Both the position numbers and the translations under genes were made by a program. Below the pieces are notes generated by a model. The model saw only the letters and a program-made list of their open reading frames with translations. It did no database searches and was not told the origin of the DNA. This document shows positions 39,701-52,476 of a stretch of DNA of 64,000 nucleotides, in pieces (the stretch's first letter is position 1; every line of letters begins with the position of its first letter). Origin of the DNA: Mobula hypostoma (Eukaryota); the NCBI RefSeq assembly GCF_963921235.1, contig NC_086097.1, positions 220,040,001-220,104,000 of the forward strand, read 5' to 3'.

Positions 39701-40740
39701 AGAAGGCAGAGGGTGGTGGTGGAGGGAGTACATTAAGATTGGAGGATTGTGACTAGTGGAGTCCCACAAGGATCTGTTCTGGGACCTCTACTTTTCGTGA
39801 TTTTTATTAACGACCTGGATGTGGGGGTAGAAGGGTGGGTTGGCAAGTTTGCAGACGACACAAAGGTTGGTGGTGTTGTAGATAGTGTAGAGGATTGTCG
39901 AAGATTGCAGAGAGACATTGATAGGACGCAGGAATGGGCTGAGAAGTGGCAGATGGAGTTCAACCCGGAGAAGTGTGAGGTGGTACACTTTGGAAGGACA
40001 AACTCCAAGGCAGAGTACAAAGTAAATGGTAGGATACTTGGTAGTGTGGAGGAGCAGAGGGATCTCGGGGTACATGTCCACAGATCCCTGAAAGTTGCCT
40101 CACAGGTGGATAGGGTAGTTAAGAAAGCTTATGGGGTGTTAGCTTTCATAAGTCGAGGGATAGAGTTTAAGAGTCACGATGTAATGATGCAGCTCTATAA
40201 AACTCTGGTTAGGCCCCACTTGGAGTACTGTGTCCAGTTCTGGTCACCTCACTATAGGAAGGATGTGGAAGCATTGGAAAGGGTACAGAGGAGATTTACC
40301 AGGATGCTGCCTGGTTTAGAAAGTATGCATTATGATCAGAGAATTAAGGGAGCTAGGGCTTTACTCTTTGGAGAGAAGGAGAATGAGAGGAGACATGATA
40401 GAGGTGTACAAGATAATAAGAGGAATAGATAGAGTGGATAGCCAGCGCCTCTTCCCCAGGGCACCACTGCTCAATACAAGAGGACATGGCTTTAAGGTAA
40501 GTGGTGGGAAGTTCGAGGGGGATATTAGAGGAAGGTTTTTTACTCAGAGAGTGGTTGGTGCGTGGAATGCACTGCCTGAGTCAGTGGTGGAGGCAGATAC
40601 ACTAGTGAAGTTTAAGAGACTACTAGACAGGTATATGGAGGAATTTAAGGTGGGGACTTACATGGGAGGCAGGGTTTGAGGGTCGGCACAACATTGTGGG
40701 CCGAAGGGCCTGTACTGTGCTGTACTATTCTATGTTCTAT
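36710..40740 (+). mobile_element. Near full-length CR1 LINE (5' UTR, ORF1, ORF2, 3' tail), inactivated
   Basis: ORF1 from ATG 36817 (CLSC...CQKC zinc finger, coiled coil, VIGDS esterase), frameshifted near 37540. ORF2 at about 37770-40679 has APE (LYLNARSI, MGDFNFP) and RT (KFADD) with frameshifts and a stop near 39734. Tail ctattctatgttctat. Confidence 0.95.
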
Positions 40741-41051
40741 CTCCTCTGCATTCTCTCCATAGTACCCACATCTTTCCTTTAGTGAGGTGTCTAGAACTGA
40801 ACACAGTACTCCAAATGGGGTCTGACCAAGGTCTTATATAGCTGTAAGATTACTTCACGGCTCTTGAACTCAATCCCATGGTTGATGAATGCCAACACAC
40901 CATATGTCTTCTTAACAACACTGTCAACCTGCGCAGCAGCTTTAAGTGTCCTACGGATATGGACCCCAACATCCCTCTGATCCTCCACACTGCCAAGAGT
41001 CTTACCATTAATACTATTATAAATGACCTGGATGAGGAAGTAGAAGGGTGG

Positions 41052-41825
41052 GAGTTAAGATGACACTAAACAGCGACTCCTTTGCTTGCATCTTTAATAT
41101 CTTTATTTTCCCCTTTCAGGGTTCTTTTGAAGACCCTGACCTGGAGTTATACACAGACTTCGGTTCTTGGGGAATGGGACCCTTTCTCGATGTTTCAGAA
41201 CTGGCTGTTGTTTGGCATGCCAAGGGATTGACCTGAGAGTCCGGCTCGTATTTGGAAGCCTAAGATCTTAGGGCTCTGGAGACGGGCGAATTGAGGGTCA
41301 TTGTCACTGCAGGAGACCCGCGCGTCGTCGGGAGAGTCAGAAAATCTACTGCTGTGGGCCTGAAGTCCCGAGATCTTTGCGATCTCCAGGCACAGAGCTC
41401 GAAAAAAGCAACATAACGGACTTTTAACATCATAAACCAGCGAGTTGTTGTTATGTCTCCCCGCTTGCTCGGAAAATGGAGACACCTCCTTCTCCCTTAT
41501 TAGGGAGAGAGAGAACCTGTGGTTTGTCGAATACCAGATGAAATGCAAAGTCTTTAGGGAAACTACAAGTCTGTGTCTTTGCTATTGCCTAGCTCACGCT
41601 TGAGTGCTCGGTGGCACTGCTGATGCTTGCTTTTTTTTGCCGGTGAGGGGAGGGGGATTGTTGCTCACTGCTGCTTATGCGCGGGGGAGATCTTTGGGGT
41701 TCTCACGTTTATCTGTCGTTCCTTCTTTGGGGCACTTCTCTGTTTTTGTGGATGTTTGCGAAGAAAAAGCATTTCAGGATGTATATTGTATACATTTCTC
41801 TGTCATTAAGTTGGACCTTTGAATC
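41052..41825 (+). mobile_element. Non-autonomous retroposon of about 770 bp (unclassified)
   Basis: Interrupts the minus-strand CR1. No long ORF. Its 3' end is shared with fragments at about 4140-4195 and 8166-8245. Confidence 0.6.
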
Positions 41826-42680
41826 TGTACTCTGTCTTCAAATTTGACCTACCAAAAATGAACCACTTCACACTTAACTGGGTTGATCTCCATCTGCCAC
41901 TTCTCAGCCAGTTCTGCATTCTATTGATATTCCACTGTAACTTCAGACAACCCTCCACCCTTCTACTTCCTCAACCTGGTCATTTATAAAAATCACAAGG
42001 AGGAGGGGTCCCAGAACATATCCCTGCAGAACACCACTGGTCACCATCACCCATGCAGAACATAAACGATCTACAATCACCCTTTGCCTTCTGTGGGCAA
42101 GCCAATACTGGATCCACAAAGCAAGGTCTCTTTGGATCCCATGCCTCATCACTTTCTGAATGAGCTTTGCATGGGGAATCTTATCAAGTGCCTTACAGAA
42201 ATCCATATACACTACATCCACTGTTCTACCTTCATCAGTGTGTCTTGTTACATCCTCAAAGAATTCAATCAGGCTCGTAAGGCACGACCTGCCCTTGACA
42301 AAGCCATGCTGACTATCCCTAATCAGATTATCTCCAACAACTTGCCCACCACTGAAGTAAGACTCACTGGTCTATAATTTCCTGGGTTATCTCTACTCCC
42401 TTCCTTGAACAAGGGAACAACATTTGCAACCCTCTAATTCTCCGGTACTTCTCCCATCCCTATTGAAATTGCAAAGATCATCGCCAGAGGCTCAGCAATC
42501 TCCTCCCTCACTTCCTACAGTAGCCTGGGGTATATCTCATCCAGTCCCGGTGATTTATCTAATCTAATAGTTTTCAAAAGCTCCAGTATATCCTCTTTTT
42601 TAATGTCTATATGATCAAGCATTTCCATCCACTGTAAATCATCCCCATAATTGCCAAGGTCCTTTTCCCTGGTGAATACT

Positions 42681-43315
42681 GTTAGCATTCATTACAAGAC
42701 GACTAAAATATAAAAGCAAGGATGTAATGTTGAAACTTTATAAAGCACTGCTGGGGCTTCATTTGGATTATTGTGAGCAGGTTTGGGCCCCTTACCTTTG
42801 AAAAGATGTGCTGAAACTGGAGAGGGTTCAAAGGAGGTTCACAAAAATGATTTCAGGATTGAATAGCTTGTCAAATGAAGAATGTTTGATGGCTTTGGGC
42901 GTGTATTCATTGAAATTCAGAAGAATGAGGGGTGACTTCATTGAAACCTATCAAATGGTGAAAGGCCTTGATAGAGTGGATGTGGTGAGGATGTTTCCTA
43001 TGGTGGGAGAGTCTAAGACCAGAGGACACGGCCTTGGAATAGAGGGGCAGTGTTTTAGAAAGGAGAAGAGGAGGAATTTCTTTTGCCAGAGAGTGGTGAA
43101 TTTGTGGAATTCTTTGCCATGGGCAGCTGTAGAGGCTATCTTTCTGTATATTTAAGGTGGAGGTCGATAGATTCTTGATTGGTCAGAGCATGAAAGGATA
43201 CACAGCGACAGCAGGAGATTGGGGCTGAGAGGAAAATTGGATTAACTATGATGAAATGGTGGTGCCGGCTTGATGGGGCGAAGTGGCATAATTCTGCTCC
43301 TATATCTTATGGACT
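42681..43315 (+). mobile_element. CR1 3' portion whose 5' stub lies at about 34645-34678
   Basis: MLKLERVQRRFTKMI..RRMRGD. The stub gtggtgaggaaggcaaattcaatgtt joins gttagcattcatt at 42681. Confidence 0.8.
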
Positions 43316-44694
43316 AAATTGTGTTGCACATTGGGAGGATTTTTGCTTCAGGTGGTGATAGGAGAGGACATCCAGCAAAGTGATCAACCTCATCAAACTC
43401 TGTTACTCCTCTGTGAGAAAGGAGAAGTGTTTCAGCTGTGATTTTTAAACATCAAGACATGTGAGGATTTAAGGTTTACAACCGTGGTAGATTCCTCAGT
43501 TGTGACAGGGGTGGGGACATGCCATCTAATGGGAGTCAGTCGAGTCTGCTCTGCATTTAAGGCTGCTACAACCATTTCAGTCCTGTTTGCATATTGATTA
43601 ACTGCACAACTAATGACTCTGTTCATAATCATCTCATACGAAGAGAGGTATTACAATAACAATTAAGTGAATATGAAGGTGCAAATCTGTTTTTAGTTCC
43701 AAAGTTATCATGTAACGTAAAAATACTGTGTCACACAACAGAATTTCAAGTGTAGTTTACATCATAGGCATGGACATATGATGGACAAATCTTACAGTAT
43801 ATGGCAATGGATTGAAGAATATATTGGGATTTGAGGAGGAGTTTGGGAAACTAAGGGAATGAAATTTATGGACGAATTAGGTTTTAGTGACAGAATAGGA
43901 AATGAGGCAAAGGAACTCAATGTAGTTACTGCAGAAATAAAAGGAACCAATAATGCACATTTTAACTACACAATCAAAAATGTATTATTTTCCATTTCTG
44001 TCATTTAGAAATCATCTTTTGTTTGGAACCAGGCTGGCAAATTCCCACTGATTTATAGTTTGGCAATTTTTTGGGTGAGGAGATTAAAATTGAACACAAT
44101 ACTTCAGATGCAGTCTTGCCTAGGCCTATATTATGTTCTACGTAATGAGATACTTTTATTTCTGCACACATATCCTCTCATAATAAAAGCTAACCTACCT
44201 ACCATTTGCCTTCCCGATCACTTTCTGAACCTCCATGTTGGCTTTCAATAACAGAGGGTTTTGGATCTTTCAGAGTCATTGTAGTTTTAATAGTCCAGCA
44301 CTGTTAATGGAGTGATGACAAGCCATCCTATTTTATACCATTCCTAATGTTAGTCTCAAACCTCCAATCTTACAAACTAAAAGAAAGGCAGCAGGCACAA
44401 TGGAAAGCTACCACCTTCATGCTCTGCTCAAAGTTGTGCCAAATCCCAACTTGGAAACACAGACCTCTTCCTTCATAGTTACTGGCCTGTATCATGAAAC
44501 TCGTATGCTGATTGTATGCCTTCCAGATAGACTGAACTGGTTCTGAAATTGAGCTCATAAATATTTACTCATGGGTTATTATGTATTGGCTAAAAGAGCA
44601 GGCCTGGATCCCATAAGTAAATATCCCAAACCTACAATTATTTGTTTCCACAATCAGTTAAAGCTATTCCTCATGACTGAGCTTTGCCGTTGCC

Positions 44695-45030
44695 ATGGAG
44701 TCACAGAGCCATCCAGCTTGGAACAAGGCCTTTTGGCCCGTTCACTCTATGCTGACCGTCAAGCACCTAGTCTGTTTTTTTTTATTCTCACCAAAATCCC
44801 GTCAAGTGTCTCAAAATAGAACACTCAGTTACAATCTGAAGGCAATTTACAATGGCCAGTTTAAAGTGACCAACACACAGGTCTTTGGGAGGTGGGAGGT
44901 GAGACGAAATGGGAGAAATGCACCTGGTATCAGAGAGAAGGTGCAAAGTTCACACAGACAGCACTGGAGGTCAGTATTGGACCCATGTTCCTGGAGTTGC
45001 AGTGCAGTGGTCTCATTACTTAGAAAGCCA
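44695..45030 (-). mobile_element. Degenerate V-SINE
   Basis: ggcaatttacaatggcc...gtctttgggaggtgggag...gtgcaaagttcacacagacagcactggaggtcag, antisense V-SINE blocks with a CR1-like tail. Confidence 0.55.
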
Positions 45031-45174
45031 TGCAATTTTGCAATTCTGGAAAACTACCTCTGTTTACTTTCCAAAATGTTACAGGTATTATCTGACCTGC
45101 CCAGTATTTCAAGCATCCTCTTTTATTTATGGCTTCTAGCATCTAACAATTCCAGCATTTTATTTGGGAATGGA

Positions 45175-45210
45175 GCAGGGTAACGCAGGGTAACGCAGGG
45201 TAACGCAGGG
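45175..45210. repeat. Perfect 10-bp tandem repeat (gcagggtaac) x3.6
   Basis: gcaggg taacgcaggg taacgcaggg taacgcaggg. Confidence 0.9.
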
Positions 45211-45495
45211 TCCCTGAGGTGTTTCTAAATTTTGTGGAGATTGTGGTCATTTCCATAGATGCCGCCTGACTTGCTGAGCTCCTCCCGCATTTTGTGTGTT
45301 ACTTTGCTTTGCCTGTCTTTTGTCTCAATTCAATTCCTCCTGTTTACATCTCCTTCACATTGTTCATCAGGGGTTATACAAACCTTCATCACCCTCTCTC
45401 AACTGACAATACAGTTCACACTTCATCTGTTGTGGGCTCCAATTTACTGGTTATTTTCTCTGCTGTCCTACCAATTTAAAACATGCCTGTTTTCT

Positions 45496-46452
45496 AACAA
45501 CACACAAAAAATGCTGGTGAACGCAGCAGGCCAGGCAGCATCTATAGGAAGAGGTACAGTGGACGTTTCAGGCCGAGACCCTTTGTCAGGACTAACTGAA
45601 AGAAGAGATAGAAAGAGATTTGAAAGTGGGAGGGGGAGGGGGAAATCTGAAATGATAGGAGAAGACAGGAGGGGGAGGGATGGAGCCAAGAGCTGGAAAG
45701 TTGATTGGCAAAAGGGATACAAGGCTGGAGAAGGGGGAGGATCATGGGACAGGAGGCCTAGGGAGAAAGAAAGGAGAGGGGAGCCCAGAGGATGGGCAAG
45801 GAGTCATAGTAAGAGGGACAGAGGGAGAAAAAAAAAGAGAAAATAAATAAATAAATAAACAAACAAACAAACAAGGGACGGGGTACGAAGGGGAGGTGGG
45901 GCATTAACGGAAGTTAGAGAAGTCAATGCTCATGCCATCAGGTTGGAGGCTACCCAGACAGAATATAAGGTGTTGTTCCTCCAACCTGAGTGTGGCTTCA
46001 TCTTGACAGTAGAGGAGGGTGTGGATAGACATATCAGAATGGGGATGGGACATGGAATTAAAATGTGTAGCCACTGGGAGATCCTGCTTTCTCTGGTGTT
46101 CAGAGTGTAGGTGTTCAGCGAAACGGTCTCCCAGCCTGTGTCGGGTCTCGCCAATATATAGGAGGCTGCATCGGGAGCACCGGACACAGTATGTCACCCC
46201 AGCCGACTCACAGGTGAAGTGTTGCCTCATCTGGAAGGACTGTCTGGGGCCCTGAATGGTGATGAGGGAGGAAGTGTAAGGGCATGTGTAGCACTTGTTC
46301 CACTTACAAGGATAAGTGCCAGGAGAGAGATCGGTGGGAAGGGATGGGGGGGACGAATGGACAAGGGAGTCACGTAGGGAGCAATCCTTGCAGAAAGGAG
46401 AAAGAGAGGAGAGGGAAAGATGTGTTTAGTGGTGGGATGCCATTGGAGGTGG
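45496..46452 (-). mobile_element. 5'-truncated Penelope-like element inserted in an older plus-strand Penelope terminal repeat
   Basis: GVTYCVRCSRCSLLYIGET GIY-YIG region. Hammerhead variant at 45558-45593 (CTGACAA). The older repeat resumes at about 46453-46570. Confidence 0.88.
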
Positions 46453-47039
46453 CCTGGTTCTGGTGAAAGTTATTTGACTCTGTAAACTACGCTTCTTTCT
46501 CCGCAGATGCTCCCCGATCTACTAAATATCTCCAGCATTTTATTTTATTTCAAATCTCCAGCATTCTCAATCCATTTTAAAAAATTGAGTTTTTTTTCTC
46601 TGAATTATCTGCATTGATAATCTTACTTTAATAGCTATATTTTCAGATAGCTCTCAGTTAGTAGGCAGGTTAGTGGATGAGAACATTAAGTGAGTGTGTT
46701 CATAGCTGTTAATTATAGAGCAGTGAGGGAAAAAAAACATAGGCATAGAATTTAGATTCTGAGGGGTCTTGACAGGGTGATGTGGAATGGATGTTTCCTC
46801 TTCAGGGAAAATCTAGGACACGTCTTGACATCTTCCTTAAGTACAAAGCTCCACATGGTGCCAAACCAGTGGCTCAAAATAAATACAGTATATTTGTACT
46901 GAATGTCTAAACCCATGGTAATACATGCTTGTTACTGACAAAAAGGTCCCATTAACTTGTCCTGCTGACTTCAAAGATTTGTGTACATTGTTAACTTCTC
47001 AAAAGCACAAATAATTCTAAAACATAACCTAGCTGGCAG

Positions 47040-47945
47040 AATTCATTGTACTACCCTCAGAGAACTCTGTCAATTTTTTTTTCTGGCCAATATAAGAGGT
47101 ATTTATAGACCAAATATTAGACATATGAAGCAAAAGCAGAGATTGCTGGGAGAACACAATACATCTGGCAGCATTTGTAAGAGAGAATTAATGTTTCACG
47201 TCAATAGCTTTTCATCATAAAAAAAAAAGTATGCTCGCATTTGCTGAAGGAGGAGAGGTGGGCCAAACTGAGGAAATGGCTAAGATAGTGCAAGGACCAA
47301 CAGAAATCACATTACAGAAATGAAGGCAACACACACAAAATGCTGGAGGACCTCAGCAGGCCAGACAGCATCTAGTCAACAGACTACAGTCGACACTTCA
47401 GGCAGATACCCTTCATCAGGACTGATGTATCAAATGCATTGGTGTCATGAAGATTCAATAACTACACTTTTAATTTTTCCCTTCACACTATCCAGGGACC
47501 AAATCACTCCTTCCAGGTAAGCAATGATTCACTTGTATTTACTTTAATCAGCATACCGAAATTCTATCCTGACAATGAGATCTCTTCTGTACAAGGATCA
47601 AACTGCTGGTTGGGTGCCCCTTTGCCAGAACACATCCATTAAGTTCATACTGGCAACTCTGAACTTCCAAGTTAATTGACACCTTAATTCTCCATCACAT
47701 TACCAATCTGATCTTTCTGCCTCTGATTCTAATGTTCCAACAAAGGAAAATGTAAGTTCAAACAACAGCAGCTCATCTTCTGTTACAGCCTCAGACCTCG
47801 GGACTGCATTTCTAAAATTTCCAATTCTGATGTGAGATCACCAACTTGTAATGCAGATCTTCCTTCTCTATAATGCCTCTCGAGGGCTTCCAGCAATCTC
47901 TTTGATTTCAGATTTCTCGCAACTGTGGTGCTCTTAATCTCTCAG
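47040..47945. mobile_element. Cluster of old Penelope fragments in both orientations
   Basis: Minus-strand terminal repeat with a hammerhead variant at 47388-47423 (agtcctgatgaagggtatctgcctgaagtgtcgact). Plus-strand GIY-YIG-like remnant at about 47490-47830. Confidence 0.6.
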
Positions 47946-48307
47946 CTCCAGCATGATTGTGTTCTCGTGTGCTTCTCCTCTGTCTCGCTCTCTTTCTCTC
48001 TCTCAACCTCTCTTTCCCTCTCTCCCAAAACCTCTCTCAACCTCCCTCTTTCTCCTTTTCTGTCACTTTGATTGTTTGGTTTCCACCCTAGCACCAGCAT
48101 TTTCTTTGTTCACTCCACCCCTCACGCTCATCACACCAGATCTCTAACATGAGAAAACATGATTTTATCTCATTTCTCCAGTTGATCAACCTGAAATGGT
48201 AATTCTGCCACCCTCTTTAGCCAGAGGGGGCGAATGTGTGGAATTCATTGTCACAGTGCGTTATGGAGGTTGATAGGTCCTTGATTAGTAAGGGCATCAA
48301 AGGTTGT

Positions 48308-51300
48308 AAGAACATAAGAACATAAGAAATATTAGCAGGAGTGGGCCATCTGGCCCATCTGGCCCATCAAGCCTGCTCCACCATTCAATAAGTTCAAGGC
48401 TGATCTGGCCATGGACTCATCTCCACCTATTTACCTTTTCACCATAACCTTTAATTCCCCTACTAAGCAAAAATATATCCAACCTTGTCTTAAATATGTT
48501 TACTGAGGTAACCTCCAATGCTTCATTGGGCAGAAAATTCCACAGATACACCATTCTCTGGGAAAAGTATTTCCTCCTCATCTCCATCCTAAATCTACTC
48601 CCCTGAATCTTGAGACTATGTCCACTAGTTCTAGTCTCACCTACCAGTAGAAACAACCTTCCTATCTATCCCTTTCATAATTTTATGTTTCTCTAAGATC
48701 TCCTCTCATTCCTCTGAATTCTAGCGAGTACAGTCCCAGGCGACTCAATCTCTCCTCATAGTCTTACCCCCTTCATCTCTGGAATCAACCTCGTGAACCT
48801 CCTCTGCACTTCCTCCAAAGCCAGTGTATCCTTCCTCAAGTAAGGAGACCAGAACTAGAACACAGTACTCCAGGTGCGGCCTCACCAGTACCCTGTACAG
48901 TTGCAGCATAGCCTCCTGCTCTTAAATTCAATTCTTCTAGCAATGGAGGCCAACATCCCATTTGCCTTCTTGATAGCCTGCTGCACCTGCAAACCAACCT
49001 TATGTGATTCATGCACAAGTACTTCCAAGTCCCTCTGCACAGCAGCAATATTTTTACTATTTAAATAATAATCTGCTGTTTAATTTTTCCTTACAAAGTG
49101 GATGACCTTGCTTTTACTAACATTGTACTCCATTTGCCAGACCCTTGCCCACTCACTTAACCTATCTATATCTCTCTGCAGACTCTCCCTATCTTCTGCA
49201 CAATTTGCTTTTCCAGTTAATTTGGTATCATCAGCAAACTTAGATACACTATACTTAGTTCCCTCTTCCAAATCGTTAACAGTGAACAGTTGTGGGCCCA
49301 GCACCAACCCCTGCAGTACACCGCTCACCACTGATTGCCAACCAGGTAACACCCATGTATCCCAACTCTCTACTTTCTATTTGTCAAACAATCCTCTATC
49401 CATGCCAATACGTCACCCCCAACTCTATGCATCCTCATCTTATGAATAAGTCCTTTATGTGGCACCTTATCAAATGCCTTCTGGAAATTCAAATAAATAG
49501 CTTCCATCTGTTCCCCTCTATCCACTGTACTTGTTATATCCTCAAAGAACTTCAGTAAGTTTGTCAAACAGGACCGCCTTCGCTGAATCCATGCTGCACT
49601 GCCTGATGGATGCATTTCTTTCTAGAAGCCTCGTTATTTCTTCTTTAATGATTCAAGCATTTTCCCAACTACAGATGTTAAACTAACTGGCCTATAGTTA
49701 CCTGCCTTTGGCCTACATCTCTTTTTGAACAGCGGCGTGACATTCGCCGTCTTCCATTCCACCAGGACCTACCCAGACTCCAGAGAATTTTGGTAAATCA
49801 TCAACAAAACCTCAAGTATAACTTCTGCCATTTCTATCAGTATCCTGGGATGCAATACCATCAGGACAAGGGGACTTACCTATCTTTAGGCCAACAGGTT
49901 TGCTCAGCACTACCTCTTTAGTGATAGCTATTGTAACAAGGTCCTCACCTCCCATCGCATCCATAACATCTCTCTTTGGCATGTTAGATGTGTCCTCCAC
50001 TGTGAAGACCGACACAAAACAGTCATTCAAAGCCTCGGCCATTTCCTTATTACAAAAATATCAATTCCCCCTTCTCATTCTCCAAAGGATCTACATTCAT
50101 TTTAGCCACCCTTTTCTGCTTTGTATAATTATAAAAACTTTTACTATCCATTTTTATATTTTGTGCTAGTTTATTTTCATAATCTATCTTCGCTTTCTTT
50201 ATTGCTCGCTTAGTGGTACCTTGTTGCTTTTTAAATTTTCCCAATCTTCCAGTTTCCCACTACTCTTGGCGGCTTTGTATGCATGAGCTTTTAGTTTGAT
50301 GCCTTCTTTTATTTCCTTAGTTATCCAAGGCTGGCTCTCCCCACCCTTACTGTCCTTGCTTTTAACTGGAATATACCTTTGTTGAGCACTGTGAAAAATC
50401 TCTTTGAAAGTCTTCCACTGTTCCTCAACTGTCCCACCATATAACCTGTGTTCCCAGTCTACACTAGCCATATCCTCCCTCATCCCATTGTGGTCTCCAT
50501 TGTATAGACATAATACACTGGTTTGAGAACAAACTATTGTACCCTCCATTTGTATGCGAAACTCAATCCTACTGTGATCACTCTTTCCAAGAGGATCCCT
50601 AACTACAAGGTCACTAATTTTACCTGTCTCATTGCACAGGACCAGATCTAAGATAGCACATTCCCTTGTAAGTTCAGTAACATGCTGTTCAAGAAAGCTA
50701 TCATGGATGCATTCTATGAAGTCCTCCTCAAGACTGCCTTGACTAACTTGATTCACTCAATCTATGTGCAAGTTAAAGTCCACCATGATAATTGCTGTTC
50801 CATTCTTACATGCCTCAGGTATTTCTCTGTTTATTGCATGTGTCACTGTAATGTTATTATTCGGTGGCCGATAGACAACTCCCAGCAGTGATTTTTTTTC
50901 TCCTTTACTATTCCTAATCTCTACCCAGATGAATTCAACATTCTGCTCCTTAGATGTTCTATCATCTCTCACTATCACCCTGATCTCATCTTTAAGTAAG
51001 GGCACTACCCCGCCTCCCTTACCTTCCTGCCTATCCTTCAGTATTACTGATATCCTTGGATACTTAATTCCCAATCCTCTCCACCCTGCAATCACATCTC
51101 TGTAATGGCCACTTATTCATACCTCTTTGTACTGATTTGAACCACAAGTTCACTGACCTTGTTTCGAATACTACGGGCATTCAAATAAAGTGCCCTTACA
51201 CTCACTGTGCTTTTAAAATCTTGCAACCTTTTACTCTTTTGCACTTTACTTTTTTTTACTCCACTCTTACTTTTCTCTATTTAATCTTTTTTTTCCTTTA

Positions 51301-51742
51301 TCTTTATCCACACTTTACCTTTTTACTTTATCTATTCTCCGATCTGTTGACCCCTCCCCCTACTATTTAGTTTAAAGCCCTATCCACAGCCCTAGTTATG
51401 CGTTTCACTAGGATCCAGGTCCCATCACGGTTCAGGTGGAACCCATCCCAATGGAACAGCTCCCTCCTTCACCAGTACTGGTGCCAATTTCCCATGAATT
51501 CAAGCTCACTTCTCCCACACCAATCATTGAGCCACGCATTTCTCTCTCTAATCTTCTGGACCCTGTGTCAATTTGCACATGGCTCAGGTCGTAGTAATCC
51601 AGAGACTGACTACCTTTTTGGTTCTGCTTTTTAACTTAGTCCCTAGCTGCTCAAGTTCCCTCAAAACCTCTTTCCTCGTTGGTACTCATATGGACTATGT
51701 CACCTAGAACTTTCCCCTCCCACTGCAAGTTCCTCTGCAGAT
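48308..51742 (-). mobile_element. Decayed CR1 LINE (different subfamily) nested in a short plus-strand CR1 3' end (48215-48307 and 51745-51862)
   Basis: YLNFQKAFDKVPH, SKFADDTKL and GVVYRPPN. (tcttatgt)n tail. The host 3' end resumes at ggatatggggagaaggcagg. Confidence 0.88.
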
Positions 51743-52476
51743 CAGGATATGGGGAGAAGGCAGGAGAACAGAGTGAGAGATAATAAATCAGTCATGATGG
51801 AATGATGGAACAGACTCAACGAGCTGAGTGTCCTAATTCTGCTCCTTTGTCTTATGGTTTTAAGAAGAATCCAACCCGAAATGAAACCATTCTCACTAAG
51901 TAGATTAGTTTAAGATTGTAATTTCACTTTTCACATCCTAACAGAATGATGACAATGAAGACTTCAGACAGCATAATCCTTACAAATGCCTCCAAAAATT
52001 TACCAGCCAATCACAAATTCATTTTTCTGCATTATTTTAATTTCCTATATAAATTAAATACAATATTCTATACCTAGACCCTCTCACCCTTTCCAAATAC
52101 TTGAAAAGAGCAGACACTGGACCTTGCCATGTTTCTGCTGTGCCCATTCAAATAAAATCAGTCCTCAGCAGTTCAGACAACATCTTTTCAAAAGAAATGC
52201 CCAGAATTGCCACTGAATGTACAAAAGGACTTTAAAAGCTGTTCATTATACAAAACACTACTTCCAATGTGTTTGGAAATCCCCATTTCACAATGACCTA
52301 TTCAATTGTAGGTTGAAATGCAGCAAGAGGTAGAATTTATATATTGAGCTGTCTTAAGCAGAGGGCTTTATAAACTGCAAACAACAGGAATTCTGCAGAT
52401 GCTGGAAATTCAAGCAACACACATCAAAGTCGCTGGTGAACGCAGCAGGCCAGGCGGCATCTCTAGGAAGAGGTAC

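Larger units (their letters stand above)
34680..42680 (-). mobile_element. CR1 LINE broken into three pieces (34680-35150, 40739-41016, 41826-42680) by nested insertions
   Basis: Collinear ORF2 pieces resume across each insertion (catccttgtatatct | ctcctctgca; ccattaatact | ctgtactctgtcttcaaatttgacc). Confidence 0.8.

Noticed and set aside
36718..40679. Active autonomous CR1
   Set aside because: ORF1 and ORF2 contain frameshifts and an in-frame stop.
45175..45210. CRISPR-like array, telomeric seed or vector (lacZ-like gggtaacg) contamination
   Set aside because: It is a simple 10-bp tandem repeat with no spacers, it is not TTAGGG, and there is no further vector sequence.
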